This document shows positions 12,479 through 24,671 of a DNA stretch of 64,000 nucleotides, piece by piece (within the stretch, counting starts at the first letter, position 1; each line of letters begins with the position of its first letter). The notes under the pieces are model-generated. The model did not search any database, had not been told where the DNA came from, and was given only the letters and a program-made list of their open reading frames with translations. A program made the position numbers and the translations under genes. Origin of the DNA: Calcarisporiella thermophila CBS 279.70 (taxonomy: Eukaryota; Fungi; Calcarisporiellomycota); the NCBI RefSeq assembly GCF_041956535.1, contig NW_027192192.1, positions 561,796 through 625,795 of the forward strand. Direction: 5' to 3'.

Positions 12479-15453
12479 ATGCCGAACCTTCTTGGCTGCA
12501 AAAAGTGCTATCGCAGCGATGATGGAGGCAGCGGATTTACCCTGCCCGATGCGAAACGCCACTACGCGCCCGACACGGTTGTGGAGCCCGTGCACATGGG
12601 TAAGAAGCAAGCCTTCAATGCATTCGGTCGAAATTAATCGAGCTGGGTCTATGCGACACATCGCTTGCATTAGATATCCAGCTCCGCTTCGATGACCTTG
12701 ATTCTAATGCGTTGACGGGAGTTGTCAATTACACTGTCCGAGGCCGTGCTGGGGGATCCCGCCTTACCCTCAATGCGGTCGCGCTAGAGGACGTCCGCGT
12801 GGAAGGCGAAGGACTTGCCTTCTTCAATTATGACGGTAAGCACATCCAAATGGAATGGGAGACCCCATTCAGTGAGGGGGAGCAGCGTCTTATTGTCGTG
12901 TGGTATTCGGTGGATCACCCGGTTTCCGGACTATATTTCGCAAGAAGCGAGCATACGAACACGGGTGCGCAATTCGTGGTCAGTGACCACGAAACGGAAA
13001 GGTAGTGGCGCGTTGGTGGCGGTGTGGCGGTCGACGGCATCGTACTAATGTTCTCATTTTCTATCCTAGAGCAAGGTACTGGCTTCCTTGCGTTGACTAC
13101 CCTGTGGTGCGAACAACGCTTACTTTCACCATCGTCCATCCCGCCAGTACTCTCGCCCTTGCCAACGGACAACTCGAAGGGGTCACATCCGACTCGGTAG
13201 GGATGCAAACTACCCGCTGGCGGTTAGACTTCCCCTGCCCCTCCTATCTGCTGTGCATCGCGGTTGGAGAGTTCGAAGAGGTGGATGACGGCGACGTCGA
13301 TGGCATCCCCGTCAAATACTACGCCGCCAAGGGCACCCCGCACGAGGATATGCGCCGCACGTTCGGAAAAACCCCCGACATGATGCGCTGGCTTGCCGCA
13401 AAGCTGGGCGCGAAAGTCCCTTGGCCAAAATACTATCAGATCGCTCTGCCCGTTCTTTGGGGAGCCATGGAGTGCATCTCTCTGGTGACCTGGACGTCCA
13501 AGTTTCTGCTGGACCCTCGCTATGCTGCGGAGCGGGGCTTTGAGGTGGATACCATCAATCTCCACGAGATGGCCCACTCGTACTTTGGAAATATGACGGT
13601 CATTCGCCATTTCGAACACGCCTGGCTCAAAGAGAGCTGGGCCACCTACATGGAGGTGTGCTACATTGCGGACCACTACGACAACGGCGAGGATGGCGAG
13701 GAAACCGCTTTCTATTTGATGCGCCATGCCGGGTACTATTTTGACGAGTGTAAGCAATACACGCGTCCCATCGTCACCAACTCCTACGATCACTCCTTCC
13801 GCCTCTTCGACGAACATCTCTATCCCGGCGGCGGGTGGAGGCTCCATATGCTGAGGCATCTGATTGGCGACGATGCATTCTGGAAGGGGGTGCGCAGCTA
13901 CTTGGATGAACACCGGTTTAAGGTGGTGACCACCGAAGCGTTTAAGGGACATCTTGAGCAGGCAAGCGGAAAGAATTTGACGCGCTTCTTCGATGAGTGG
14001 GTCTATTCCCCAGGGTACCCCAGCCTGCGCATACATTACGAGCTGCTGGAGAAAGTCGGGGTCCAAGTGGTGATGGAGCAGACCCAGACCGGCGGCAACG
14101 TGTTTCACTTTGACCTGGAGGTGGAGGTGGAAGACTCCAACGGGCATACGCACTCGGCCGTTGCGCGTTTCGAGACCAATCGCGCGGTCGTCTTGATCCC
14201 TCTTCCGGAGGCCGTCAAGCCAACTCAGTTTAGAGTGGATCCGCGGGGAAAAATCCTATTTGGATTGGAGGGCGTGAATGGCGTGAGCGAGGAGATCTGG
14301 GAAGAGACTGCATGTAAGTCGAAAGATGTTTGGAACCGCGTCAGGGCCTTTGGCCAGCTGGTCAATATTGGGAGTCGCTCGGCGCTTAAGAAAGTTCGGG
14401 AGCTCGTGGAGAAGGAGTCGTTCTATGGCGTCCGCATTCGAGGTAGGTTGAGGAACACCTTTTATTCATTCCAATCATAACGAAGTTGAATCTTGGAAAT
14501 TCGTGAACCTGCTATCGCGGACAATTATCATTCGACCATGATTCACCCATTTTCATTTTAATATATATATATATATAATAGTGGCGGAGTTCCTGTCAGC
14601 CTCGAAATCTGCCTTTGGCCTAGAGATACTGGCCGAGATGTTGGAACGGGAACGCAACCCCCTTGCTCTCCTCCCAATAGTGATGGCATGCAATATGCGT
14701 GACGAGAGAATCCGTCAAGCCTTGCTCAAATTCCTGCAGCGCCCCGAGTTGCCCTACCGAGCTCATGGAGCTGCCCTTCAAAGTTTGGCGCTGCAACAGC
14801 ACCCCGACGATTTAGAATTGCTAATGCGAGTGGCCAAGGATGAAAGCTTGTGGGGACAACACGGGTTGGTGCGCTTCGGTGCCCTCCGAGGTAGATACAA
14901 TCCTGCTCCTTTGCCAACCTGTCGAGCTTGTTTGTTAATAGCATCATACATCTTGGCTATTTTTTAATTAGCATTGGGGATATACCGCAGTCCGGAGGTC
15001 CTCCCTTACCTACTCTCCTGCTGCCGTCACGAACCAGCATTCACCCGCCCAGCTCTTCCAACTGCCATAGCTGCCAGTGCGAGCCACCTTGAGAAACGAC
15101 TCCAGCACGAGGCAGTCGACCTGCTTACCGAGATGCTGCGAGACCCCATCATCAACGTGCGCATCTCGGCCGTCGACGCTCTTGTTTCCTTGGGAGCCAC
15201 ACAGCATGCAGACGATGTACAGGCTGTACAAGCCACCCTACCAGAGCAAGAGCGGCCCTGGCTTGAGAGAAGGTTGCGGGAGCTGCACGCGGCTGCAGGA
15301 GCTGCCGAGGAGGGCAAATTAGGGAACGTGAAGAAGAGGCTAGAGGAGCTGGAGGGGAAGGTGAGGGAACTGGAGGGAAAACTGATGAAATTTGAGGCCC
15401 AAGAAAAAGTCAAGGGAGAAAAGGGGATAGAGCCAAGAAAGGCGGAATTGTGA
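12479..15453 (+). CDS. M1 zinc aminopeptidase (PepN-type) with C-terminal HEAT repeats and coiled coil, multi-exon
   Basis: GAMEC exopeptidase motif, HEMAH..WLKES zinc motif, HLYPGG catalytic Tyr region, HEAT-like repeats (LLTEMLRDPIINVRISAVDALVSLG), N-terminal 'FTLPDAKRHYAPD'. Confidence 0.92.
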
Positions 15454-15611
15454 GAAGAGTTTCCAATGGCCCTTAGTTTGTGTGTGTTTGAGCTTTGAGC
15501 GATATACCTAATGTTTGTAGAGAGTGAAGAGTGGAACATATAGGGATCGTCTATTTATGCCTTCACATATTACAGCTGAAATAACAGAAAATGGTAGCAA
15601 ATGACATCTAA

Positions 15612-16394
15612 CTAAATCCGAATGAGCTTCTCCGTCTGCACCAAGCGTATGTCCTCTTTTCTGATTCGTTGCCTTCCCCACTTCCGCCTTGCCGCATAGA
15701 CGCCTGCCGCCGCCGCTAGCACCACCCCCGCCATGCACCCCAGAACGGTGGGGACAATCGAGCCAGTCGAGCTGGAGGGCTTGTGCCCGTCCAGAGCTTT
15801 CGCCAGGGGCGATGGCTTCTTTGGCGTCGAGGTGCTCACCGGAAGGGCTTGGTTCTTCGCACGTTTGCCGCTTGTGGGCATGGCTCCCTTGGTTGGGGTG
15901 AGTGTGGTGGTGACGTTGAAGGTATTCATGGTCGCGCCAACGCCCGGCTTGTACTGGAATGGAAGGCTGGTGCCGTACTCGCCGGAATTCTCCACTCGCA
16001 CTACGTACACCCCCTCGGGCAGGTCTCCCGGCAAGGCCCACACCTGGTAGAGCCTTGTGACGGGAACCTCGTTGATGCTATAGAGTGGGGTGCCGGCGAC
16101 GGTCTGCAGGGAAATGGATGTCTTTGAATTGGGAGGGGGAATGTGAGAGAACGCCCTGGGGAGATGAGAATGAAGAAGAAGATAGAATGGGGCAGAGGAG
16201 GGGGGAGGGCATGAGAAGAAATGACGAAGCATGAGGGTGCCAATGCAAAACAAACGAAACGAGCATTACCAGTTGATAGTCCCGCTCTGGCCGGGCGTCC
16301 AAGTGTCACCCCGCAGGTCCTCGATGGAAACTAGAATCCTGGCCTGACATACGCTGGCTACCAGGAGGGCATACTTGAATAACAGCCATTTCAT
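15612..16394 (-). CDS. Type I cell-surface membrane protein with signal peptide, Kre9/Knh1-like N-terminal domain, Ser/Thr linker and one TM
   Basis: Exon 1 MKWLLFKYALLVASVCQA-RILVS...WTPGQSGTINW, intron, then 'WALPGDLPEGVYVVRV..GTSLPF', TM 'IVPTVLGCMAGVVLAAAAGVYAA' followed by RRK. Confidence 0.7.
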
Positions 16395-17344
16395 TGCCTG
16401 TGCTCTCAAACGTTTTGAACGATGAAATGGGGAAATGAGAGCCAAACAGAAAGCGGGTTATGAGGTCGCGTTATGCGCACGGGCCCCCATTGTGAAACTG
16501 GAGGGAATGCGTTTCGATCGACGGCAATTTGTCTTTTCTGGCGCGTCATGGTTCGAAACCAAAATAAAGATTCAGGAGTTTATAGGGGTTCTAGTTCTTT
16601 AAATCGCAATGGTAACGTGTACACTATCTTCGAGAGAATGGTCCATTCTGCTGGCCCATAATAAGAAAAGCTTAACAGTTGAAGGGGCTATGTTCTCAAA
16701 ATGATATTTTATATTTTACCTAGCATGGGAGTTTATTGAAGGATGAAACGCTGGTTCAGTCCCTGTATTCGAGATCGACTTTACATAATGAGTCGAGAAA
16801 ATAATAACGATGCTAGAAGCAATCATGATTAGTGAGTCAAAGCTGCATTTGCTAATATTGCCGGTGTCAAAGAGTTTTTTCGTGGAGACTCACGGTGCTC
16901 ACATTCTTGCTCACCTAACTGCACCGAGAATTCCAAGAAGCCGAATTGGCCAACTCTAACCAGACTATGATATCATACGGGCATTTCTATACTCCAATAT
17001 AGGCATAAAGAGAGGATAGAAGAGGATTTCCCCCTAGCCGCCCAGCGGAAGAGATCAATTGTGAAGAGTGACAGTAAGCATTTCCCACTACAAATCTATC
17101 TGGCTGTATTGATCTTCACCCTCCATAATCATGGCGATGGCGTAAAATTTCAATAATATTGCTTTATTATTTTTAATGATTTGTGTTAAATATATTATAG
17201 TTAATAAAACAATACATTGCCATGTCTAGGATAAAATGCTATTGAACAATAGTTAAAATGATTCAAAGTGCAAGAAATGTTACAACGCGTATTGCCATTT
17301 CTTCAGAGCCAGGATTAAATAACGAAATATATACACACGTTAGT

Positions 17345-18394
17345 TCATAATAGGTTCATACTGCTTGTTCCCATGTATCGTCTCTCCTTGATGGCCTTTG
17401 TCAGGTTTCGGAAGCTGGAATCGATTGGGCTCAGTATCTTCTCGGTGGTCGTCCTGGGAGGACTTCCAGTCAAGCTTTGAGTGGGATAGCACTCCGGGCT
17501 GATCGGACAGGGGGGCGCGCTGATGGCGCGGTGTAGCGTGGGGTTCAGAAGCAATACCCCAAGGTTGAGAAGGCCAATCGAGGCACTTGCGTAGGTGCTG
17601 ACAATATCAAAAAATCCCATGATATTTTCAAAATGGTAGTCTTCCGAGTTGGGGACTAATGTGTAGAGAAGGAAGCCCAGCACTGCATAAATGAAGTAAT
17701 AGGGCTGGGTGATGACGAGCACCATCGGATAGAGCAAAACTCGAAGGACATGGCTGATAAGCTGCCTTTCCTTCCACTGTAATTCTTTGGTGACATTCCG
17801 GAGATCGTGTGATTTTTTCAAATTTTGGAATTCCTTCGCCACCCGTAAAAGCACTACCATCACAACAACAAGAGAATAAATGGCGCACAAACTAATGCTA
17901 ACCACACCGATCAGGATGGTCATCATGTGCCACAGATGCTCATTTGAGCCCGCTCTCTCCTCATAAATTGACTCGTTCTTGAAAGGATCAGTCACGACCA
18001 GTATCACAAGCATAAAAAAGGGTATCAAGAAGCACACGGGAGCATAGTATCGCTGGATTCGTTGCATGTCCTTCATCCTATGTATGAATGAGAGTTGCAG
18101 ATCGAGCGCGATGCATGCCGCAAGTAATGCCCCCCACAATTCGAAGAGGAAATCGGATCGAGCCATGATGCGAACTCCAAATGATCTGGAATATTCGGTT
18201 GGACCTTCAAAAATATTGATCAGGAGTTTGGTGGCATGCCAAAGCATACATTTAACCCCGATCCAGAGACTAAGTTTGAAGGCCACGCTGTTGGTGATTT
18301 CCGGTTGTGCACGGCGGAAGTAGAAGACTAGCAGCGCCATGAGTAGTCCTGAGAACATCGAAGCGATGTTCAGGGAAAGATAGATGGAGTACAT
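17345..18394 (-). CDS. 7TM GPCR-like protein (Git3/cAMP-receptor-like), intact copy A1, intronless
   Basis: Seven hydrophobic segments; TM3 'IALDLQLSFIHR', TM6 'RVLLYPMVL', TM7 'GLLNLGVLLLNP'; start moved to MYSIY at 18394 by alignment with paralogs. Confidence 0.8.
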   Translation of the reverse strand: MYSIYLSLNIASMFSGLLMALLVFYFRRAQPEITNSVAFKLSLWIGVKCMLWHATKLLINIFEGPTEYSRSFGVRIMARSDFLFELWGALLAACIALDLQLSFIHRMKDMQRIQRYYAPVCFLIPFFMLVILVVTDPFKNESIYEERAGSNEHLWHMMTILIGVVSISLCAIYSLVVVMVVLLRVAKEFQNLKKSHDLRNVTKELQWKERQLISHVLRVLLYPMVLVITQPYYFIYAVLGFLLYTLVPNSEDYHFENIMGFFDIVSTYASASIGLLNLGVLLLNPTLHRAISAPPCPISPECYPTQSLTGSPPRTTTEKILSPIDSSFRNLTKAIKERRYMGTSSMNLL

Positions 18395-19787
18395 ATTGGA
18401 GCCTAAACGGATAGGTAGAAATAGAAAGTAAAACACAAGATTGGACCAAGAAAAACTAAATAGGTCCTGGTCGCCTCATTATTAATAAAGATGGGATAAA
18501 CGCGCACGTAGAAAAGTATTTGCTAAGATTGTTTTTTTGCAAATGCCAGGGTTGACCAAACTAATATAACTTGTCTAGCATTTGCCGCCAATTTGCCACC
18601 GCACTGCAATACTTGATTAATTTATGTTTCCTTCTTCGGATAAGTTTACCAAGCTAAAAGAAAGCTTCGAGAGTGTATGGTATCGAAGGGAATAGGATAG
18701 AGGCAACGACAAAGCTCTGTGAAGGCAGGGCGAGAATGACTAAGAAGTTGCCAATGCTACATGAGAACTGTCATCTAGTTCACTATTCGTTCGAACCAGG
18801 ATTCCTTCGAAATCTTGCCAAACTTCCCCTGAATTTCATATTTTTGACTAGGGGCCTTTCTCAGGCAAAATGCTGACAATGAAAAATATAAGCCCCCATC
18901 CTTTATTACAAGGCTAGATTTAGGATCTGAGCCCAATGCTTCATTTCTATTCGTGAACCTGGAATCAAAATCCAATATCATAAAGGAATCTTCCCTGTAT
19001 CGTTCAGCTTACCTAACCAAATATTTCATTTGTCTGATGCTTCGAAGCTAGAAGTTTACAAATTTTCTCACGTATCAAAAGTATGAGCTCGATTTGACTT
19101 TCAAGGAAAAAATAAAGTCTCTTCAAACTATGTCCACTTGATCCAGAGATGGGCGTTCCAGGACAGCTCAGCTATAGGTTTTTCACATAAATATTTTTGA
19201 CTTGACCCGAATTGAAGCCCATTACTCGGGTCAGCAGTGGGTAACGTATACATCATAGCTCAATCTCTTTTATATCTACACGGCTTCGTGTTATTCCCAG
19301 ATAGCTATTGTTTTAATATACTAATATGCTATTCCATTCTGAAATCTACAATATCTAAAGTTCCTTAGGATTTAGAGTTTTATTTGCGCTAATAATGCGT
19401 GCACAAAAATTTCTAAAAATTAGCAGGAATAACAGCCTAGTAGGGATCACTTTATAAACATATGGTATGAATACCCTCATTCTACCCAGCATTTTATGTA
19501 GATAAGTTAGGAACAATGAATTTTTATTTTTTTGTAATTGTTATTAATCATACATCTTGCAAAATTATACGAATTAAGGATGTACATTTATCATCAACCA
19601 TTCGAGAGGACCATAAAGGCAAGCTTTGAAAATTAGTCTTTAAAGTATTTCAGTAAAGTATAGTCTAATCCATAAGTAAACAGTTTCCCACTTTGCCATA
19701 GAACTCTGAAGATGGGTCCCTCTTCATTCACCTCAGAAAAAAGTTCCAAAGCACATTATATCATACCCCTTACCCAAGTCAACCTTT

Positions 19788-19794
19788 TATAAAA
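19788..19794 (+). promoter_or_regulatory. TATA box of the secreted peptide gene
   Basis: TATAAAA about 80 bp upstream of ATG 19870. Confidence 0.55.
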
Positions 19795-19869
19795 AGGGAG
19801 CTAAGAGAAGGAGAATCCCCTTCCATCTAGTAGTATACACAGCTGCTATCTATAACCTTCTATCTGGCG

Positions 19870-20052
19870 ATGGTGAAAGGCATTGTTTTTATTTTTGTGG
19901 CAGCAATCGTTGTCGTGGCTGTTGCCTCCCCTATTGAGCTGGAGGCTAAGAAATCCGCTTGCAGTCAACTTTGCTTGCCAAAGGCTTGCATGATAAGAGG
20001 CTGTAATTCCGGAAACTGTCCCAAGTGGTGTAAATTGTGTGGCTGCTCCTAA
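19870..20052 (+). CDS. Small secreted cysteine-rich prepropeptide (8 Cys, cationic, defensin/toxin-like)
   Basis: Signal peptide (AVA|SP), acidic pro-piece SPIELEA, dibasic KK, 32-aa mature SACSQLCLPKACMIRGCNSGNCPKWCKLCGCS; TATA upstream. Confidence 0.85.
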   Translation: MVKGIVFIFVAAIVVVAVASPIELEAKKSACSQLCLPKACMIRGCNSGNCPKWCKLCGCS

Positions 20053-20479
20053 AAGAACTGAGCTCCACCAACACTTAATCCATAGGGTAATGCTAATCAA
20101 CTATCGCTTTCCTGCTTTTTTAACCAAGAATAATGAATTCATAATTAAAATATAAGAAAATCTTCAAGCTTGTCCAGTGGAAACTGATGCCGTATTTTTC
20201 AAAGTCCTATAATAAGAATGTCTGATATAAATATCTCAGATTTCATCTTTATACTGCATTAATCGCAGTATTCATTCCTTCGTATACACCATATTTTTAA
20301 TTAAAATTAAAATCGTACCACTTCAAAACGCTTTCTTGATAACCGTGTTTATTTTCCCAGTTTTACGTATAGCCTCTATATAACTTCGTAAGATCTGAGC
20401 TCATATAAGAAAACAATTGGAATAGAATTGTTGGCAATTGCAAAAATACATATATTTGTGACTCTTCGTCCGCTTTCTC

Positions 20480-21382
20480 TCATTCTATCCTCAGAGGTGA
20501 GGATGTCCGTTGCTTTTGATTCCGCGAAATATCTTTCAACCCTCTTCTTAGAGTTGGGTTCATCAGAAATACAATGAGAATAAGGATCCCGCCTAATGGA
20601 TCCACATACACATACATATCCTGGAGACGCATCACAGGATGATTAATAAGGTAAGATAACCCCTTCTTTTCATATAAGCGCACATATGTTTTTACGAGAA
20701 AAAAGACGATGATATACGGGTTTGCAATAATAAGTACCAATGGATATATTGTGATCTGTAATACTGATAGTATAGCCTGTCGCTCTTTCTTTTGTGTTTC
20801 TTTGCTACTATTATGCCTACGGAATTCAAAAACCATACGAAAGAGGACCATTGCGATGATCATACTTGAATAAATACCGCACACAAGATTAACAATGAAG
20901 CCTATAAAGAATACCATCGATTCTAACGACTCAAACTCAAAAACTCCTTGAGAAACACTAGAGTTTTCCACTCTTTGCGGATCTCTAGCAACCGATGCCA
21001 GATATAAGCAAAATGACACTAGAGATGTGATGGGAGCGTAAAACCGTTGAATTTTGCTTATATTTTTGATTCGATGAACAAATGAAAGTTGTAAATCAAA
21101 GGCAATGCTCCCTGCTAGAAGGGCGGTCCATAAATTGAAGAAAAAGGGCAGCCCTAATAGGAACTCAAGGTAATATTCGTTTGTTGTGTCATCAATTACT
21201 ATATGTTCGATATACAAATCAAGCGCACGTTCTATGCTGATGTTGAGCCCTATCCAAAAACTGAGAGCAAAAGATACTGTTTTGGTCAAGCCAGGATGGG
21301 TCCTATAGACATAGGTGACAATAAGGGCCATGGCAAGCCCTGAAAGTATCGAGAGTACACTAAGTATATAATTTGAGTACAT
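20480..21382 (-). CDS. 7TM GPCR-like protein, copy A2, intronless
   Basis: Paralog of 17345-18394: 'SFALSFWIG', 'IAFDLQLSFVHR', 'ITIYPLVL', 'GILILIVFLMNPTLRR'. Confidence 0.8.
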   Translation of the reverse strand: MYSNYILSVLSILSGLAMALIVTYVYRTHPGLTKTVSFALSFWIGLNISIERALDLYIEHIVIDDTTNEYYLEFLLGLPFFFNLWTALLAGSIAFDLQLSFVHRIKNISKIQRFYAPITSLVSFCLYLASVARDPQRVENSSVSQGVFEFESLESMVFFIGFIVNLVCGIYSSMIIAMVLFRMVFEFRRHNSSKETQKKERQAILSVLQITIYPLVLIIANPYIIVFFLVKTYVRLYEKKGLSYLINHPVMRLQDMYVYVDPLGGILILIVFLMNPTLRRGLKDISRNQKQRTSSPLRIE

Positions 21383-22092
21383 TTCAAAATCAAGATATAA
21401 AATGAATGCGTAGAAGCTGCAGAAAGTGCAATTATTTGACTGTTGTTTTCTTTTTCGCTAAAGTTCGGATAAACAAGCTTGGTGAGAACAATATTCAATT
21501 AGTGTAACAGATGGATAACAAAAGAGTCATTCAAATAAACTTTGGCTCCGTTACTTTGACATGTAAACTCCGTGAGGCATTACGTGATTCCATATATTCA
21601 ATGCTTAGTTGATCTAGCAATGCTATGTGTGCAAACTTTACTTCTACATATCTTTATTGTTGACCCTTACCACCAATATCATATCAAGGTAGTTCTCGTA
21701 TGACGGGGTAATTTAAGACCATTTAAGGACCAATGATGTCAGAATCTCCGAAGAAATTCAAAAAAATTAGAGTAACAGAAAAGATGGTACCATTAAGGGC
21801 ATTAGTGGAAATGTTTTGAAATATTAAAGTATTAAGAAAAACAATGTAATATTGTTCTACTCCCCAACCCACTCTATAAAGTTGAAATTGCGAGAGCATT
21901 TTCAATGACACTACTTGCCAAACTTTGCAAAATTAGAGTCTATTTATTAATATACATATACTATACTGAAGCTTTCTTCAATTCGAATAAGTAATGGCTG
22001 AGGATAAATTTCGCAAATATAACACTCCTTATATCGAAGGAAGTAAATGTTGACAATAGGGTCAGCTTACAGCTTGACTTTTTTCGCTTCGC

Positions 22093-22933
22093 TTATTCTC
22101 TTATTTTTACGAGCAGAGTTAATCGATTCTTTGACTGACCTTGTCCCATGAATCGAACTATCCAGGCAACAATGTTTTGCATATACCTCAATCCTGGTAT
22201 CAGCAATGGAGCACCAAGGAGGATAACAAGGGGTTTCCATCTTGTGGAAGCGGCTAGGAATTTAAAAACCATAACTACCATAAATACAAGAGGTCTTTTG
22301 ATAATAAGTACTATGGGATAAATGATTGTCTTCAACGCCAATTTAGTATGTTGCTCATGCTTCTCTTGCAATGCTTCACCGGCGCATTTCATTCGAGAAC
22401 CCGCACTTGAATGAAAAAATGTTTTTCCGAAATCATAAAGAGAATTAAGAGTGCACATCGTCATGCTCAAACAACCGACATCGAAATTCCATTGCTGGAA
22501 AAACCTCGACAGCGGAATAACCCATACCCATCTGTCACTTATCGAAATATCAATAAAACAGGAAAAAAACACGAAAAGCACGATAAAAGACAATAGAAAT
22601 GATAAAGACGCGTAATATTGTTGCAAGCTGTGTAAATTTTTGAATGTCCGCATGAAAAAAAGTTGTATGTTTAGAATGAAGCACACTACAAGAAGCTGCA
22701 CCCAACTATTAAATGCAGCATATAGTGTTGTATGGAGAAAGGCAATGAGATACCACTCGTAAATGTCAATACGATTCTTAATTTCATCGCAGTGTGGATC
22801 AAATGCATGTAATAACACGTTGAAGACCCCCGTGACGCGAAATGAAGAGAATCTGGATTCTGGCTGTTTCATTCAGATTCCAATGATCAGATATATGTGA
22901 CAGAGTATTGATGAAACAGTATACAGAATATTT
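22093..22933 (-). pseudogene. Degenerate GPCR-like copy B3 with the N-terminus out of frame
   Basis: Body has 'FILNIQLFFMR..LQQYY' and 'IIYPIVL'; the paralogous N-terminus 'YSVYCFINTLSHIS' lies in another frame (ORF 22799..23002) with no ATG at the homologous position. Confidence 0.6.
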
Positions 22934-23252
22934 AGAGGAGTAGAACAAATATAAACGCTTAGCTGTTCTCGCTTTCCCATCTTGGATCACAAAGCATTTC
23001 ACCGAGCTCTGTGATTTTGGCCTAGAATACAGAAATGGCTCAGCCTGAAAGCTTTGATTGTATGATATCTAGTAACAAATAATTTATTATCTGTCAGATG
23101 CGGTTGTGGGAGTGCCTTAGGCACGTATCTATGTTCACCCAAAATTATGGACAAATAGTATAAATTATATTTATCTTACCAACATGAAACATTGCTGAAA
23201 AACGAAAATATACATAATGCACTTGAAAATTGAAGCTATTCCATAATATCTT

Positions 23253-24206
23253 TTAAGTTTGAGGTGGAAGAGAAAGTTTCAATTGGTCATCGTTAGTATT
23301 ATTTGGACTTGAAGTTTCTCTCATTCCATCGCCTATATATTTTTCATCGTCGGAAGTACCACACAATCGTGCTGGTAGGTGAATTTGACAGGGAAATATA
23401 AACCAGGCTGCGAGCCTTTGAGCTCTCTGATATTTTAAATTCAACACCATCAATCCAGCCACATATAGAGCTACCTCCAGATATTTGAGTTGTGTATATG
23501 TTGACATAAATTTTACCGCCATAATTGTAGTAAAGAAATATGGTCGACGGATGAGCATAAAGGGGTAAAGCACATTTGGTTGCACCAAATTGTTAATATT
23601 TCTTTGTGCATCTTCCAATGCTTCGCTAGCGTATTGAATTCGCGGCGTCTTGCCTGTTCGAAAGAGCGCTCTCACAAATGAAAAAAAAGAATAGAGAGTG
23701 ATCGTTGCTATGATTGCTATACTATAAGCGTAAACCTCTAACAGAATGGAATCTTTCCATGACAATCTTCCTCCGCATTTTAGACAGCAAAAGAGGTCAC
23801 TGACTCTGAAGTACAGCAACAAAAGCACTGCGAGCGGCACTAGGAATGAGGATGGGCCGTATACTAGTTGCATGACACGTAAGTTTTTGATATTTCGAAC
23901 GAAAAGTCTTTGCAAATTGAGCGTGGTGCACCCTACAAGTAAACCCATCCAGAAAAAAGGGAGATCATGTATTTGAGTTGCATTTAAGAAAAGTGTATGT
24001 GGTATCATCGTATATTCGACATGCTCATTATTGCAATATAAATCATGTGGCTTCTTTAACAGCGCGTCGACCATATCCCGGAAGTAGAATGTAGAAGTAC
24101 TAAAATTTGGTGACCTCCACGTGAAACAGTAGTAGACTAAGAGGATAACTAGCGCGGTGCCTGTGACAAACGAGATGAAATTGATGAAACTAAACGAGTA
24201 GTCCAT
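23253..24206 (-). CDS. Divergent GPCR-like membrane protein, copy B2
   Basis: 'TTLNLQRLFVR', 'VLYPFML'; MDY start shared with 26013-26849; TM2 poorly hydrophobic and no TM7 NP motif. Confidence 0.65.
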   Translation of the reverse strand: MDYSFSFINFISFVTGTALVILLVYYCFTWRSPNFSTSTFYFRDMVDALLKKPHDLYCNNEHVEYTMIPHTLFLNATQIHDLPFFWMGLLVGCTTLNLQRLFVRNIKNLRVMQLVYGPSSFLVPLAVLLLLYFRVSDLFCCLKCGGRLSWKDSILLEVYAYSIAIIATITLYSFFSFVRALFRTGKTPRIQYASEALEDAQRNINNLVQPNVLYPFMLIRRPYFFTTIMAVKFMSTYTQLKYLEVALYVAGLMVLNLKYQRAQRLAAWFIFPCQIHLPARLCGTSDDEKYIGDGMRETSSPNNTNDDQLKLSLPPQT

Positions 24207-24671
24207 AAGAACGAGCGTATAATGAAGAGCAAGCTGATAGCGCGGTGTCTCTCGCTCATTTCCATCTTTATAGCTAAAGTATTGTAAAGCTCCGTGGTAG
24301 TTGTGAGCTCCGAAATGGCTCAGCTCGAATTTTGATTTAATAGTTACCCGGGCAAAATAATGTCATGGCAGCTGAAAAATAGGTTTCAATGCTTAGAGTC
24401 GTGCTACACTATTCATACGGCTTACACCTCCTGCTAATAGAGGCTATTCATAATTTTCAACTTAATTTAGATCACGCCATGTTTGAATATCAGTGTACAC
24501 TAAACATACAAGTAGAATTTATTAATGTTATAATCGATTTGTGTGGCTAATTTTCTGGTATACATCGACTGTCTCAGTTTCCGTTGCACTTGATACATTT
24601 GCAACGTTTTTTTAGTTTGGAGAATGCATTAGCTCGTACTCTTCCCCAGAGGATTCCCGATGTGTCTCAGG

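Noticed and set aside
13224-14153. 309-aa antisense ORF within the aminopeptidase
   Set aside because: Shadow ORF expected from the GC-rich codon usage of the sense gene; no recognisable motifs
15439-15453. C-terminal KAEL as an ER-retention or peroxisomal signal on the aminopeptidase
   Set aside because: No signal peptide and not a canonical PTS1
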